Positions 38,875 through 47,890 of a stretch of 64,000 nucleotides of DNA are shown here, piece by piece. The position numbers and the translations under genes are program-made. The notes under the pieces were generated by a model that made no database searches, was not told where the DNA came from, and saw nothing but the letters and a program-made list of their open reading frames with translations. Every line of letters begins with the position of its first letter. Position 1 is the first letter of the stretch. Source of the stretch: a virus; IMG/VR virus record IMGVR_UViG_3300015263_000627. The stretch is one strand, 5' to 3'.

Positions 38875-39630
38875 ATGGCATATCCAGCACTTTCCGCCAA
38901 AAATCCGACTGATCGGGCTAGTTTCAAGGAATATTGCCTACGCCGATTGGGAAAGCCGGTTATCGAAATAAATGTGGATGATGATCAAGTCGAAGATCGA
39001 ATTGACGATGCTCTCCAATATTGGTTTGAATATCATTATGATGGAAGTGAAACCCAATATTACAAATATCAAATCACCGACCAAGATCGAATAAACGGTT
39101 ATATTACTCTACCGGACAATATAATTGGAGCCGTTGAAATCTTCGATATCAGCGACCAATACGGGGTCCAAAATATGTTCAATATCCGGTATCAGATTGC
39201 CTTGAACGATCTATATACCCTGACTTCGGTATCCTTGGTTCCATATTACATGGCTATGCAGCACCTTTCCTTATTAGCTGAAGTTCTTGTGGGCAAGCAA
39301 CCTATTCGATATAACAAATATAATAACCAATTACATATTGATACCGATTGGTCCAATTTTACTGGATCATGGGTTATGGTCAAAGCTTATAGTGTTATCG
39401 ATCCTGACCAATGGACTGCTGCATGGTCAGACCGTTTTCTAAAGGAATATGGAACTCAATTAATCAAGCGACAATGGGGCGAACATCTAAAGAAATTTGG
39501 CGGAATGAGAATGCCTGATGGAACCATTCTGAACGGTAAGGAAATTTGGGATGAAGCTAATCAAGAAATAACTCGTCTTGAACATGAAATGTCGCGAATG
39601 ACAATGCCAGCAATGGATATGATTGGCTGA
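38875..39630 (+). CDS. gp13: Neck protein gp13
   Basis: FKEYCLRRLGKPVIEINVDDDQVEDRIDDALQ...IKRQWGEHL.KF.G. Confidence 0.93.
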   Translation: MAYPALSAKNPTDRASFKEYCLRRLGKPVIEINVDDDQVEDRIDDALQYWFEYHYDGSETQYYKYQITDQDRINGYITLPDNIIGAVEIFDISDQYGVQNMFNIRYQIALNDLYTLTSVSLVPYYMAMQHLSLLAEVLVGKQPIRYNKYNNQLHIDTDWSNFTGSWVMVKAYSVIDPDQWTAAWSDRFLKEYGTQLIKRQWGEHLKKFGGMRMPDGTILNGKEIWDEANQEITRLEHEMSRMTMPAMDMIG

Positions 39631-39657
39631 CCTGCACACTTTTCCAAAAATCCGACA

Positions 39658-39664
39658 CTAAATA
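39658..39664 (+). promoter_or_regulatory. Late promoter motif CTAAATA for the homing endonuclease
   Basis: Precedes GGAGG RBS and ATG 39689. Confidence 0.55.
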
Positions 39665-39688
39665 CTCTATACAACTATGGAGGCTATT

Positions 39689-40264
39689 ATGTCTGGATTT
39701 ATCTACATTTGGTTTGATCGTAAACATAAACGATATTATATTGGTTCTCATTGGGGATCGGTAGATGATGGTTATATTTGTTCTTCACGGTGGATGAAAG
39801 CATCTTATAAACGTCGCCCTCAAGATTTCAAACGCCGTATTCTCAAAGTTATTTCAACAACAAAAAAAGACCTTATTATCGAAGAAATTCGATGGTTATC
39901 AATGATAAAAGATCATGAACTAAGGCATCGTTATTATAATTTACGAAATAAAGAAATAAATCATTGGACCGCTGAACACAACAGTCTTTCAACACAAAAA
40001 AAGATTGCCAAAAATACCAAAAAAGCAATGTGGCAACCTGATATACGGGCTAAATATCTCAAAGGACTCAAAAAACGGGTCAATAAATCATCCGATCCAA
40101 TTGTAAGGGAAAAACGGCGGCAATCTATGCTTCAAACAATGGCAAAAAAATTTCCCGTAGAAAATCGAAAAGTTGTTCCTAAATTTGGTAGTGAGGAATA
40201 TAAAAAAAATATGTCTGAAACTATAACCAATTGGTGGGCGCAAAGAAAGCGAGCATCATGGTAA
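39689..40264 (+). mobile_element. Free-standing GIY-YIG (Seg-like) homing endonuclease
   Basis: MSGFIYIWFD...YYIGSHWG...Y..SS motif; inserted between gp13 and gp14, overlapping the gp14 start. Confidence 0.8.
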
Positions 40265-40998
40265 CCAACTTCTATTTTCAAAACTATCAAAACACAAACG
40301 AACAACGTTTGTTGAATGATCTTGTTGCGGAATCCATCCGTATATATGGTATTGACTGTTATTATTTGCCTCGGGTCATGACTAATTATGACAATATTTT
40401 GACCGAAGATGCACAATCCAGTTATGAAAGTGTATATATGACTGATGCTTATTTGAAGAATTTCATGGGGTTTACGGGGGACCGAAACCTTATGACGAAA
40501 TTTGCTGGATTGGAAATTCGGGATCAAATCATTTTCAATATATCCAAAACATCATTTCATAATGATGTTGAAATACAAACTGGTATCTCCCGACCCCGGG
40601 AAGGTGATATCATGTATTTTCCGTTACCGAAGAAATGTTTCATTATTCGGTATGTAGAAGCCTATGAATTTATGTTCTCTCTTGGAGCATTATATACATG
40701 GGAAGTCACACTTGAACTATTCGAATATTCTAATGAAAAATTCAATACAGGTATTCCAGAAATCGATATTCTTCAAAGCAAGTTCTCAACTAATGCCTTA
40801 GATTATGCTCTAAAAACCGAAAATGGAGATTGGTTGACAACTGAAACTGGAGCTATTATTACCAATGAAAACTTTATAATACCTAAGATTGATCCAATTA
40901 GCCAGAATGAAATTTTTGATCAGAAAACTCTTGATCTTGATCTAATTGATTGGGCTGAAGTTGATCCATTCTCCGAAGGAAAAATAGGAAATAGATAA
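40258..40998 (+). CDS. gp14: Neck protein gp14
   Basis: NEQRLLNDLVAESIRIYGIDCYYLPR...RPREGDIMYFP; ATG at 40258. Confidence 0.92.
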   Translation: MVTNFYFQNYQNTNEQRLLNDLVAESIRIYGIDCYYLPRVMTNYDNILTEDAQSSYESVYMTDAYLKNFMGFTGDRNLMTKFAGLEIRDQIIFNISKTSFHNDVEIQTGISRPREGDIMYFPLPKKCFIIRYVEAYEFMFSLGALYTWEVTLELFEYSNEKFNTGIPEIDILQSKFSTNALDYALKTENGDWLTTETGAIITNENFIIPKIDPISQNEIFDQKTLDLDLIDWAEVDPFSEGKIGNR

Positions 40999-41864
40999 TG
41001 TTCAATCAACCGTTTTATCATAGCCTATTCAAAAAATATGTTGTCCTATTTGGAACATTGTTTACCAATATTTACATTGATCGGGCTGATAGTGAAGATA
41101 ATGTAATTGCTCGTATCAAGGTGCCAATTCAGTATGCTCCCAAAGATAAGATGATCACTCGTTTGTTAAGCGATCCGGAATTAGATAAACAAACAGCATT
41201 GATATTACCTCGAATGTCCTTTGAATTGGTCAGTCCGGTAGTAAGATATGATCCTTCTCGCAAACTTCCGTCAATCAATCGATGGGTCAAGAAACACCCG
41301 GATGATGCCAATAAAGTGAAATATCAGTATAATCCGGTGCCTTATGACCTGTTTTTTTCTCTATATGTCTATGTAAAAAATGTTGAGGATGGTTTGAAAA
41401 TTGTCGAACAAATCATTCCATTCTTTACTCCTGATTTTACTCCGTTAGTAAACCTAATTCCGGAACTAAACGATCAACGTGATATTCCTATTGAATTATC
41501 TAATGGACCGATAATGACTGATGTTTATACTGATGATTTCAAGACCCGCCGTATGGTATATTGGCAGTTTGATTTCACTATGCGAGGATTTTTCTTTGGT
41601 CCGGTCAAGACGGCTCCAATTATCAAGTATGCTAATACAACAATGTTAGTGCCGATTTCAACAGATCATTCGACCCACATTCATACTGCCAATGCGTCCC
41701 CGGCATTCCGTTCAATTTTCACTCCGGGATATACCGGCAGCGGACCTACTTCTAATTCAGAACTTAGCATTCCAGTTAGTGAAATTTTCCTTGATGATGA
41801 TTTTGGATTTGTAAATACTATGGAAGATTTGCAGGGTGGTTATACTGGTAGTGTAGGTGTCTAA
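40998..41864 (+). CDS. gp15: Tail sheath stabiliser/terminator gp15
   Basis: FYH...KYVVLFGTLF..I...IKVPIQYAPKDK...LPRMSFE...QIIPFFTP. Confidence 0.92.
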   Translation: MFNQPFYHSLFKKYVVLFGTLFTNIYIDRADSEDNVIARIKVPIQYAPKDKMITRLLSDPELDKQTALILPRMSFELVSPVVRYDPSRKLPSINRWVKKHPDDANKVKYQYNPVPYDLFFSLYVYVKNVEDGLKIVEQIIPFFTPDFTPLVNLIPELNDQRDIPIELSNGPIMTDVYTDDFKTRRMVYWQFDFTMRGFFFGPVKTAPIIKYANTTMLVPISTDHSTHIHTANASPAFRSIFTPGYTGSGPTSNSELSIPVSEIFLDDDFGFVNTMEDLQGGYTGSVGV

Positions 41865-42550
41865 TGAAACGATTTATTAGTTTCCTAAAAGAAGATAAAT
41901 ATAAAGTATCCGACAATGATTGGCATGATGTTGATCACCAACATCCGAATCATGCCAAAGTCGTTGAAGCTTTCGGAAAACTTGCTGATGCTCAAAGAGG
42001 CGCACCTGAACAAGCAATGTTGAAAATCCAACATACATCCGGAGGGGGGGTTCTTAGTCCAGTAGTTGAACATGTTGGAGATTTAAGCCATCGAATGAGT
42101 GAAATGACCAAATATGGAGTGTATGGACGAGAATATGTCCGGGAAAAAGTAAATCGAGGACTTGGAGCTTTAAACCATCCTTATGGGTTTGAAAAAGAAC
42201 ATAATGAAAATATGGAAGCTAATGCTCGTCTTTATAATACTGAAAATTCAATTTTCGGAAATAATAGATATCGAGGACCGAATTATACAACCGAAAAACA
42301 TCATGCTTTAGTTAATACAGCATTGAAAGAATATGCCAATGAACATGCAAAACTTCCAGTTTATAATAAGGCTCAATTTCATGCTAGAGGGGCGGCTATT
42401 GCAGTAGGAAACAAGGATTGGAATACCGCAACAAGTCATTTACAAAAATTGAAAGAAATGTTGGATTCCAAGGAAGGATGGAACCATCATGCTCGTAAAT
42501 TTAGATGGGGAACGGATGGAAATCCACGCGAATATAAAGGAGATGAATAA
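41864..42550 (+). CDS. Hypothetical protein; putative internal head protein
   Basis: 228 aa inserted between gp15 and gp16; N-terminus MKRFISFLKE resembles a capsid-targeting sequence. Confidence 0.7.
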   Translation: MKRFISFLKEDKYKVSDNDWHDVDHQHPNHAKVVEAFGKLADAQRGAPEQAMLKIQHTSGGGVLSPVVEHVGDLSHRMSEMTKYGVYGREYVREKVNRGLGALNHPYGFEKEHNENMEANARLYNTENSIFGNNRYRGPNYTTEKHHALVNTALKEYANEHAKLPVYNKAQFHARGAAIAVGNKDWNTATSHLQKLKEMLDSKEGWNHHARKFRWGTDGNPREYKGDE

Positions 42551-42987
42551 TGACTGAGAAGGAAAAACTATTCGAGATTAGCCCATTGGTTGAACCCGAT
42601 ACTGTTAAGAATATGGTTGGAACCAAGGATAATCTACCTCAAGTTCAACCGGAGAAACCAACTCCGACTCAAATAATCAATGATTTCAACGAAGCTCGTC
42701 GTAATGTTCTGGAAGTAATGAGAACATCCCGGACGGCAATCGATGAAATATCCGACATTGCTCCGCAAGTTCAACATGGCACCGATTGGTATGACTCTCT
42801 CAATGGTGCCCTGAAAGTCATGTTGGAAGCTAATCGAGACTTGATTGATATGCATGTAAAGATTCAAAAGCTTACCGAAAATATCGGCGGGGCTATTACC
42901 AAGGTTCAGAACAACCTGTTTGTTGGAAGCACAACTGAGCTTCAAAAACTTCTTATTAATATGAATAAGGAACCTAACGGAGAATAA
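42550..42987 (+). CDS. gp16: Terminase small subunit gp16
   Basis: D...AR.N...NNLFVGSTTELQKLL motif; directly before gp17. Confidence 0.88.
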   Translation: MTEKEKLFEISPLVEPDTVKNMVGTKDNLPQVQPEKPTPTQIINDFNEARRNVLEVMRTSRTAIDEISDIAPQVQHGTDWYDSLNGALKVMLEANRDLIDMHVKIQKLTENIGGAITKVQNNLFVGSTTELQKLLINMNKEPNGE

Positions 42988-42988
42988 G

Positions 42989-44674
42989 ATGGTTCAAAAA
43001 ATACTAAGGGGTGATGATATATATATCGATCAACCTCTTGGTGCTTATCGGGGTAATACCCTTCTAAAACAAATAGGAGAACAAATCAACTGGACCCCCG
43101 AAATGATCGAGGAGTTTCAGCGTTGTTCAACTGACCCCGAATATTTTATCGAAAAATTTGTCAAGATTGTGCATCTTGATAAAGGCTTGGTTCCGTTCAA
43201 ATTACGAGACTATCAAAAGGATATGATCAAAACAGCCCATGAAAACCGTTTTACCATTGTAGCAACGGCTCGACAGGTTGGAAAAAGCACTACAATGGTT
43301 GCTTATATCCTATGGTATGTCCTGTTTTCTCCCGAAAAGACTGTTGCTCTTTTGGCAAACAAAGGGGAAACCGCCCGCGAAATTTTGGGACGTGTTCATA
43401 CTGCCTATCAAAACTTGCCAAAATATATTCAGCAAGGAGTGGTTGCATGGAATAAAGGATCAATTCATCTTGAAAATGGTAGCCGTATTATTGCAGCCGC
43501 AACTTCCTCTGATGCTATCCGTGGTTATTCTATCAACCTCTTATTTTTGGATGAAACAGCCTTCATTGAACAATGGGAACATTTTGAAGCTTCCGTTTTG
43601 CCGACTATTTCATCATCTGAAACATCTAAAGTTATCATGGTTAGCACTCCAAACGGTTTGAATTTCTTCTACAAATATTGGGTGGATGCTAATGAGAAAC
43701 GTAACGATTATCATCCAATATTAGTCAATTGGGATCAGGTTCCGGGACGTGACAAGAAATGGTATGATACCATCCTTCGTTCAATGAGCGGGAATGTTGA
43801 CAAATTCAATCGAGAATATGGAGTGGAATTTCAGGGTAGTTCCGGAACCCTTATCGCTGGTTGGAAGCTAAAGGAACTAGTCCATCTCTCTCCATTGAAA
43901 TTCCATGAAGGATTGTCAATGTATGTTCCACCCCAAGCTGGTCATGTTTATGTATTGGTAGCCGATACATCCCATGGAAAAGGATTGGACTATTCAGCAT
44001 TTCATTGTATTGATATTACCACAATGCCATTTCAAATTTGCACTTCCTATCGCAATAATCTTGTTCTACCATCTGATTATGCCGAAATAATAAATCGAAC
44101 AGCCAAAGCCTACAATAATGCTTATGTTTTGGCTGAAATCAACGATATGGGCGAGGTTGTTTCCCGTATTTTGTTGAATGAACTGGAATATGACAATCTA
44201 TTGTTCACCACTACCGGAGCCGGTAGAGGGGGTAAAAAACTATCAATGGGAGCCGTTGCAAAGGCTGAATATGGAATAAGAACTACCAAATCAGTTAAAG
44301 CTTTGGGTTGTTCCTTGTTGAAATTACTGGTTGAACAGAACCAATTACCAATTATCGACTTCCACTCAATTGAAGAATTGTCCCGCTTTGCCAAAAAGGG
44401 TAATTCCTACGAAGCTGAATTTGGATGCCATGACGATCTAGTTATGTGCCTAGTCCTGTTTGCTTGGCTTTCCGGACAGGATTATTTCAAAGATTTAGTC
44501 AATATTAATACCGTAGGACAAATCCGGGACAAAACCGAAGAACAAATGGAAACGGATATGACCCCATTCGGATTTGTAAACGATGGAAGCGAGCAAGTCC
44601 TAGATATAGAGACAATTCATACGAAAAACTGGCTTTTTGCTGATGATGAAGTCGAGGATTTGCCCAATTTCTAA
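42989..44674 (+). CDS. gp17: Terminase large subunit gp17
   Basis: Walker A ARQVGKST, Walker B LFLDE, STPNG, nuclease ADTSHGKGLDYS and HDDLVM. Confidence 0.97.
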   Translation: MVQKILRGDDIYIDQPLGAYRGNTLLKQIGEQINWTPEMIEEFQRCSTDPEYFIEKFVKIVHLDKGLVPFKLRDYQKDMIKTAHENRFTIVATARQVGKSTTMVAYILWYVLFSPEKTVALLANKGETAREILGRVHTAYQNLPKYIQQGVVAWNKGSIHLENGSRIIAAATSSDAIRGYSINLLFLDETAFIEQWEHFEASVLPTISSSETSKVIMVSTPNGLNFFYKYWVDANEKRNDYHPILVNWDQVPGRDKKWYDTILRSMSGNVDKFNREYGVEFQGSSGTLIAGWKLKELVHLSPLKFHEGLSMYVPPQAGHVYVLVADTSHGKGLDYSAFHCIDITTMPFQICTSYRNNLVLPSDYAEIINRTAKAYNNAYVLAEINDMGEVVSRILLNELEYDNLLFTTTGAGRGGKKLSMGAVAKAEYGIRTTKSVKALGCSLLKLLVEQNQLPIIDFHSIEELSRFAKKGNSYEAEFGCHDDLVMCLVLFAWLSGQDYFKDLVNINTVGQIRDKTEEQMETDMTPFGFVNDGSEQVLDIETIHTKNWLFADDEVEDLPNF

Positions 44675-44728
44675 GTATAAAGTAGAAAAATCAAGCATTT
44701 TTTTCATTCTTATAAAGACGAACATTTA

Positions 44729-44735
44729 CTAAATA
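44729..44735 (+). promoter_or_regulatory. Late promoter motif CTAAATA
   Basis: Upstream of gp18. Confidence 0.6.
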
Positions 44736-44775
44736 ATCGTGCAAGATTTTATTTATCAGGCATGGAGAAGAACAA

Positions 44776-47088
44776 ATGGCACAGAGCTTTATGGTTAGCC
44801 CGGGAATCAATGTTACTGAATACGATTTGACAAACATTATCCCGTCAGTCGCAACCACCGATGGTGCAATTTCTGGAGTTTTCAGATGGGGACCAATTGG
44901 TGAGCGAGTTATCATTGCTGATGAAGGAGATTTGGGAAGAAGGTTTGGAACTCCAAGCAACCTAAATCCTGAAACATGGTTTACTTCGGCTGACTTTCTG
45001 TCGTATGGTCACCGTTTACATGTTGTTCGAGCAGCACAAGTCAACGGAACAATTCTACAAGTATCGGATGCAGCAGCAGGTATCACTAATGCAAGCGCGA
45101 ACGTTACTCTAGCTAATACTACTGGAATTGAAGTAGGAATGCTTCTATTCTATTCCAATACTTCGTCATTGGTTGATGATCCGGGTGTTGAAGCTAAAGT
45201 TTTGGCCATAAATTCTACTGCAATTGTTTTGGATACTCCTGCCCGAAGCACCGCAACTGGTGCTAACCTAATTTTCCGTACGGATAGTGTTTTTGCGGCT
45301 GTTGCTCAAGAAACCTATGATCCTAATATTTCTTGGGGCGATCAGCTTGTTACCAGTTCTGATAATTATCCAAGCCATGATGGAAATTTTGATCCGTCTG
45401 TTCGTTGGATTGCCCGTTATGGTGGATATAACGGAAACTCGCTTCGTGTTTCTCAATGTGATTCTCCAACCCAATTTAGTTCAACGCTTGATCTTGGAAC
45501 AAGCAATGATGATATCAACGCAACCGCAACTTATATTACTGCAAACGTTGGATCATCCAATCTAGCTGTTACTGTTACCGCAGCAGATATGGCAAACGGA
45601 GTAGCAGCTATTGCTTATGCAAACGCTGTTCACAATGCATTGGCTATAAATGATCTTGTTCAAGTTGGTAATTCTACAATTGGTTACCAAATCATGAAAG
45701 TTGTTTCGGTTAGCAGCCAAGATAATACCGATAACGTTATTACTTTTAGTGTTACAACCGAAGATGCCTATGGTCTTGCAGCTAATGTTCAAATGCTTTC
45801 AACTGAACGTTATTGGGAGTTCTATAATTTGGTTGAACAACCTCCGACTCAATCCAACTTTGTATTGAATCAAGGAAATACATCAGCTTATGATGAACTC
45901 CATGTTGTTGTTATTGATGAAAAAGGTGCATTTACCAATATTCCGGGGGCTGTTCTTGAAGTCTATAAGAACCTATCCCGCGCAAGTGATGCCGTAAAGG
46001 AAGATGGTACAACCATTTACTATAAGAATGTTATCAATAATCAGTCACCATATATTTGGTTTGGTAGTGACCGTTCCCTTGCTGTTTCCAATACGGCACA
46101 GTTTGTTGAAAGTTCGACAGCTACCAGCCCGATTAGTATGCAATTATTCGGCGGATCAGATGGTGAAGATGAAGCAACTGTTCCTCTAACCTCAATCATC
46201 AATGGATATAACCTATTTGTTGATACTGAAAACGTCGATATTTCGTTGATCATGCAAGGTAAGGCTCGCGGTATTCCGGTTTCGTCCAATACCGACTTAG
46301 GAAATTACCTAATCAATAACATCGCTGAAAAGCGTAAGGATTGTGTGGTCTTCGTATCTCCTGATTATGGATTGGTTGTAAATAACAAGGGCAATGAAGT
46401 AACCGATATGGTTGCGGCTCGCAATAATATGCCATCATCATCTTATGGTGTTATGGACTCTGGATATAAGTATCGTTATGACCGCTATAATGACCTATAT
46501 CGTTGGACTCCATTGAATGGTGATATTGCAGGTCTATGTGCAAGAACCGATCAAACCAATGCTCCTTGGTGGTCCCCGGCTGGTCTAAATCGTGGTCAAA
46601 TCAAGAACGTTGTTCGTCTTGCTTTGAACCCAAATCAAACGGATCGTGATATTCTTTACAAGAATAGCATCAATCCAGTTGTGACCTTCCCGGGTCAGGG
46701 TACGTTGCTATATGGTGATAAGACCTTGCTAACTAAGCCTTCTGCGTTTGACCGTATCAATGTTCGTCGTCTATTCATCGTTCTTGAAAAGGCTATTTCG
46801 ACAGCAGCTAAGTATATGTTGTTCGAATTTAACGATGCATTTACTCGTTCACAGTTCAAGTCTATGGTTAATCCATACTTGGCAAATATCAAAGGACGCC
46901 GTGGTATCTATGACTCCTTGGTTGTTTGTGATACAACAAATAACACCCCGGAAATCATTGATGCAAATCAATTCGTTGGTGATATTTACGTCAAACCAGC
47001 ACGTTCAATCAACTTTATCCAGTTGAATTTCGTTGCAGTACCGACAGGTGTTGCATTCCAAGAAATTCAGGGTAAATTTGGGGGGTAA
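44776..47088 (+). CDS. gp18: Tail sheath protein gp18
   Basis: SPGINVTEYDLT, FRWGP, WWSPAGLNRG, FDRINVRRLF and KPARSINFIQLNFVA. Confidence 0.97.
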   Translation: MAQSFMVSPGINVTEYDLTNIIPSVATTDGAISGVFRWGPIGERVIIADEGDLGRRFGTPSNLNPETWFTSADFLSYGHRLHVVRAAQVNGTILQVSDAAAGITNASANVTLANTTGIEVGMLLFYSNTSSLVDDPGVEAKVLAINSTAIVLDTPARSTATGANLIFRTDSVFAAVAQETYDPNISWGDQLVTSSDNYPSHDGNFDPSVRWIARYGGYNGNSLRVSQCDSPTQFSSTLDLGTSNDDINATATYITANVGSSNLAVTVTAADMANGVAAIAYANAVHNALAINDLVQVGNSTIGYQIMKVVSVSSQDNTDNVITFSVTTEDAYGLAANVQMLSTERYWEFYNLVEQPPTQSNFVLNQGNTSAYDELHVVVIDEKGAFTNIPGAVLEVYKNLSRASDAVKEDGTTIYYKNVINNQSPYIWFGSDRSLAVSNTAQFVESSTATSPISMQLFGGSDGEDEATVPLTSIINGYNLFVDTENVDISLIMQGKARGIPVSSNTDLGNYLINNIAEKRKDCVVFVSPDYGLVVNNKGNEVTDMVAARNNMPSSSYGVMDSGYKYRYDRYNDLYRWTPLNGDIAGLCARTDQTNAPWWSPAGLNRGQIKNVVRLALNPNQTDRDILYKNSINPVVTFPGQGTLLYGDKTLLTKPSAFDRINVRRLFIVLEKAISTAAKYMLFEFNDAFTRSQFKSMVNPYLANIKGRRGIYDSLVVCDTTNNTPEIIDANQFVGDIYVKPARSINFIQLNFVAVPTGVAFQEIQGKFGG

Positions 47089-47108
47089 AAACACCTAAAA
47101 ACCCATGG

Positions 47109-47115
47109 ATAAATA
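47109..47115 (+). promoter_or_regulatory. Late promoter motif (GG)ATAAATA
   Basis: Upstream of gp19. Confidence 0.55.
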
Positions 47116-47139
47116 TAAGGTAGTAATAGGAGAGAAAAA

Positions 47140-47787
47140 ATGATCTTTGATATCGAGACTTTTAAGGCGGCTGGTTTAAAGCAAGGTGGGGCACGACCAT
47201 CATTGTTCCAAGTTCAAATGAACAATGTTCCGGGAACTAATGGTGTTATCGAGAACCAACAGCAAATTAGCTTCCTTGCTCAAGCAGCTACCCTACCGGA
47301 ATCACAAGTTGATCCAATTGAAGTTCCTTATTTCGGTAGAAGAATAAAAGTTGCAGGTGAAAGAGTATTCCGTGATTGGACTATTTCTGTTCTTAATGAT
47401 GAAGACTTTATTGTTCGTGATCTATTCGAACGTTGGTCAAATCTTATCAATACTATGGAAACCAACGTAACTTTGGCATCATCGGCTGGTTTAGCCGTCA
47501 ATCCATTGCTAGGTTATAAGTGTGATGGTGTTCGAGTCAACCAATACAGTAAAGGCGGTCCAGCCGCAACTGATACTGGTTCCGAAGATGCTATCATTCG
47601 AAGCTATCAATTCTTTGGAATGTTTCCAGCCAGAGTTGATGACATTCGATTGGATTGGAGCCAAGGACAAGCGATTGAAACATACAATGTAGTCCTTTCA
47701 TATGATTATTGGTTGCCAGTAAATATTGGACAAAGCACCCCGGGTTTCACCGGACTAGAACCGGGAAGCGGTCCTCAATTCGGCTAA
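47140..47787 (+). CDS. gp19: Tail tube protein gp19
   Basis: GGARPSLF, LPES...VPYFGRRIKVAGER.F.DWT...NDEDF and FP..V..I.L.W. Confidence 0.95.
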   Translation: MIFDIETFKAAGLKQGGARPSLFQVQMNNVPGTNGVIENQQQISFLAQAATLPESQVDPIEVPYFGRRIKVAGERVFRDWTISVLNDEDFIVRDLFERWSNLINTMETNVTLASSAGLAVNPLLGYKCDGVRVNQYSKGGPAATDTGSEDAIIRSYQFFGMFPARVDDIRLDWSQGQAIETYNVVLSYDYWLPVNIGQSTPGFTGLEPGSGPQFG

Positions 47788-47890
47788 ACATTTTATTCCT
47801 TTATCATGAGGATTATTATGTTTTTTATAACCAAGTCATGTTATCCCTATACTTGGGAAAATGAAGGGTCGTGAATAAAAGGATAGCATA

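Noticed and set aside
42989-44674. Intein or group I intron in terminase or other core genes
   Set aside because: gp17, gp18, gp20, gp23 and uvsW have continuous frames and ordinary lengths; the endonucleases are free-standing.
44691-44960. Reverse-strand 89-aa ORF over the gp18 start
   Set aside because: Antisense shadow of a well-supported core gene and its promoter.
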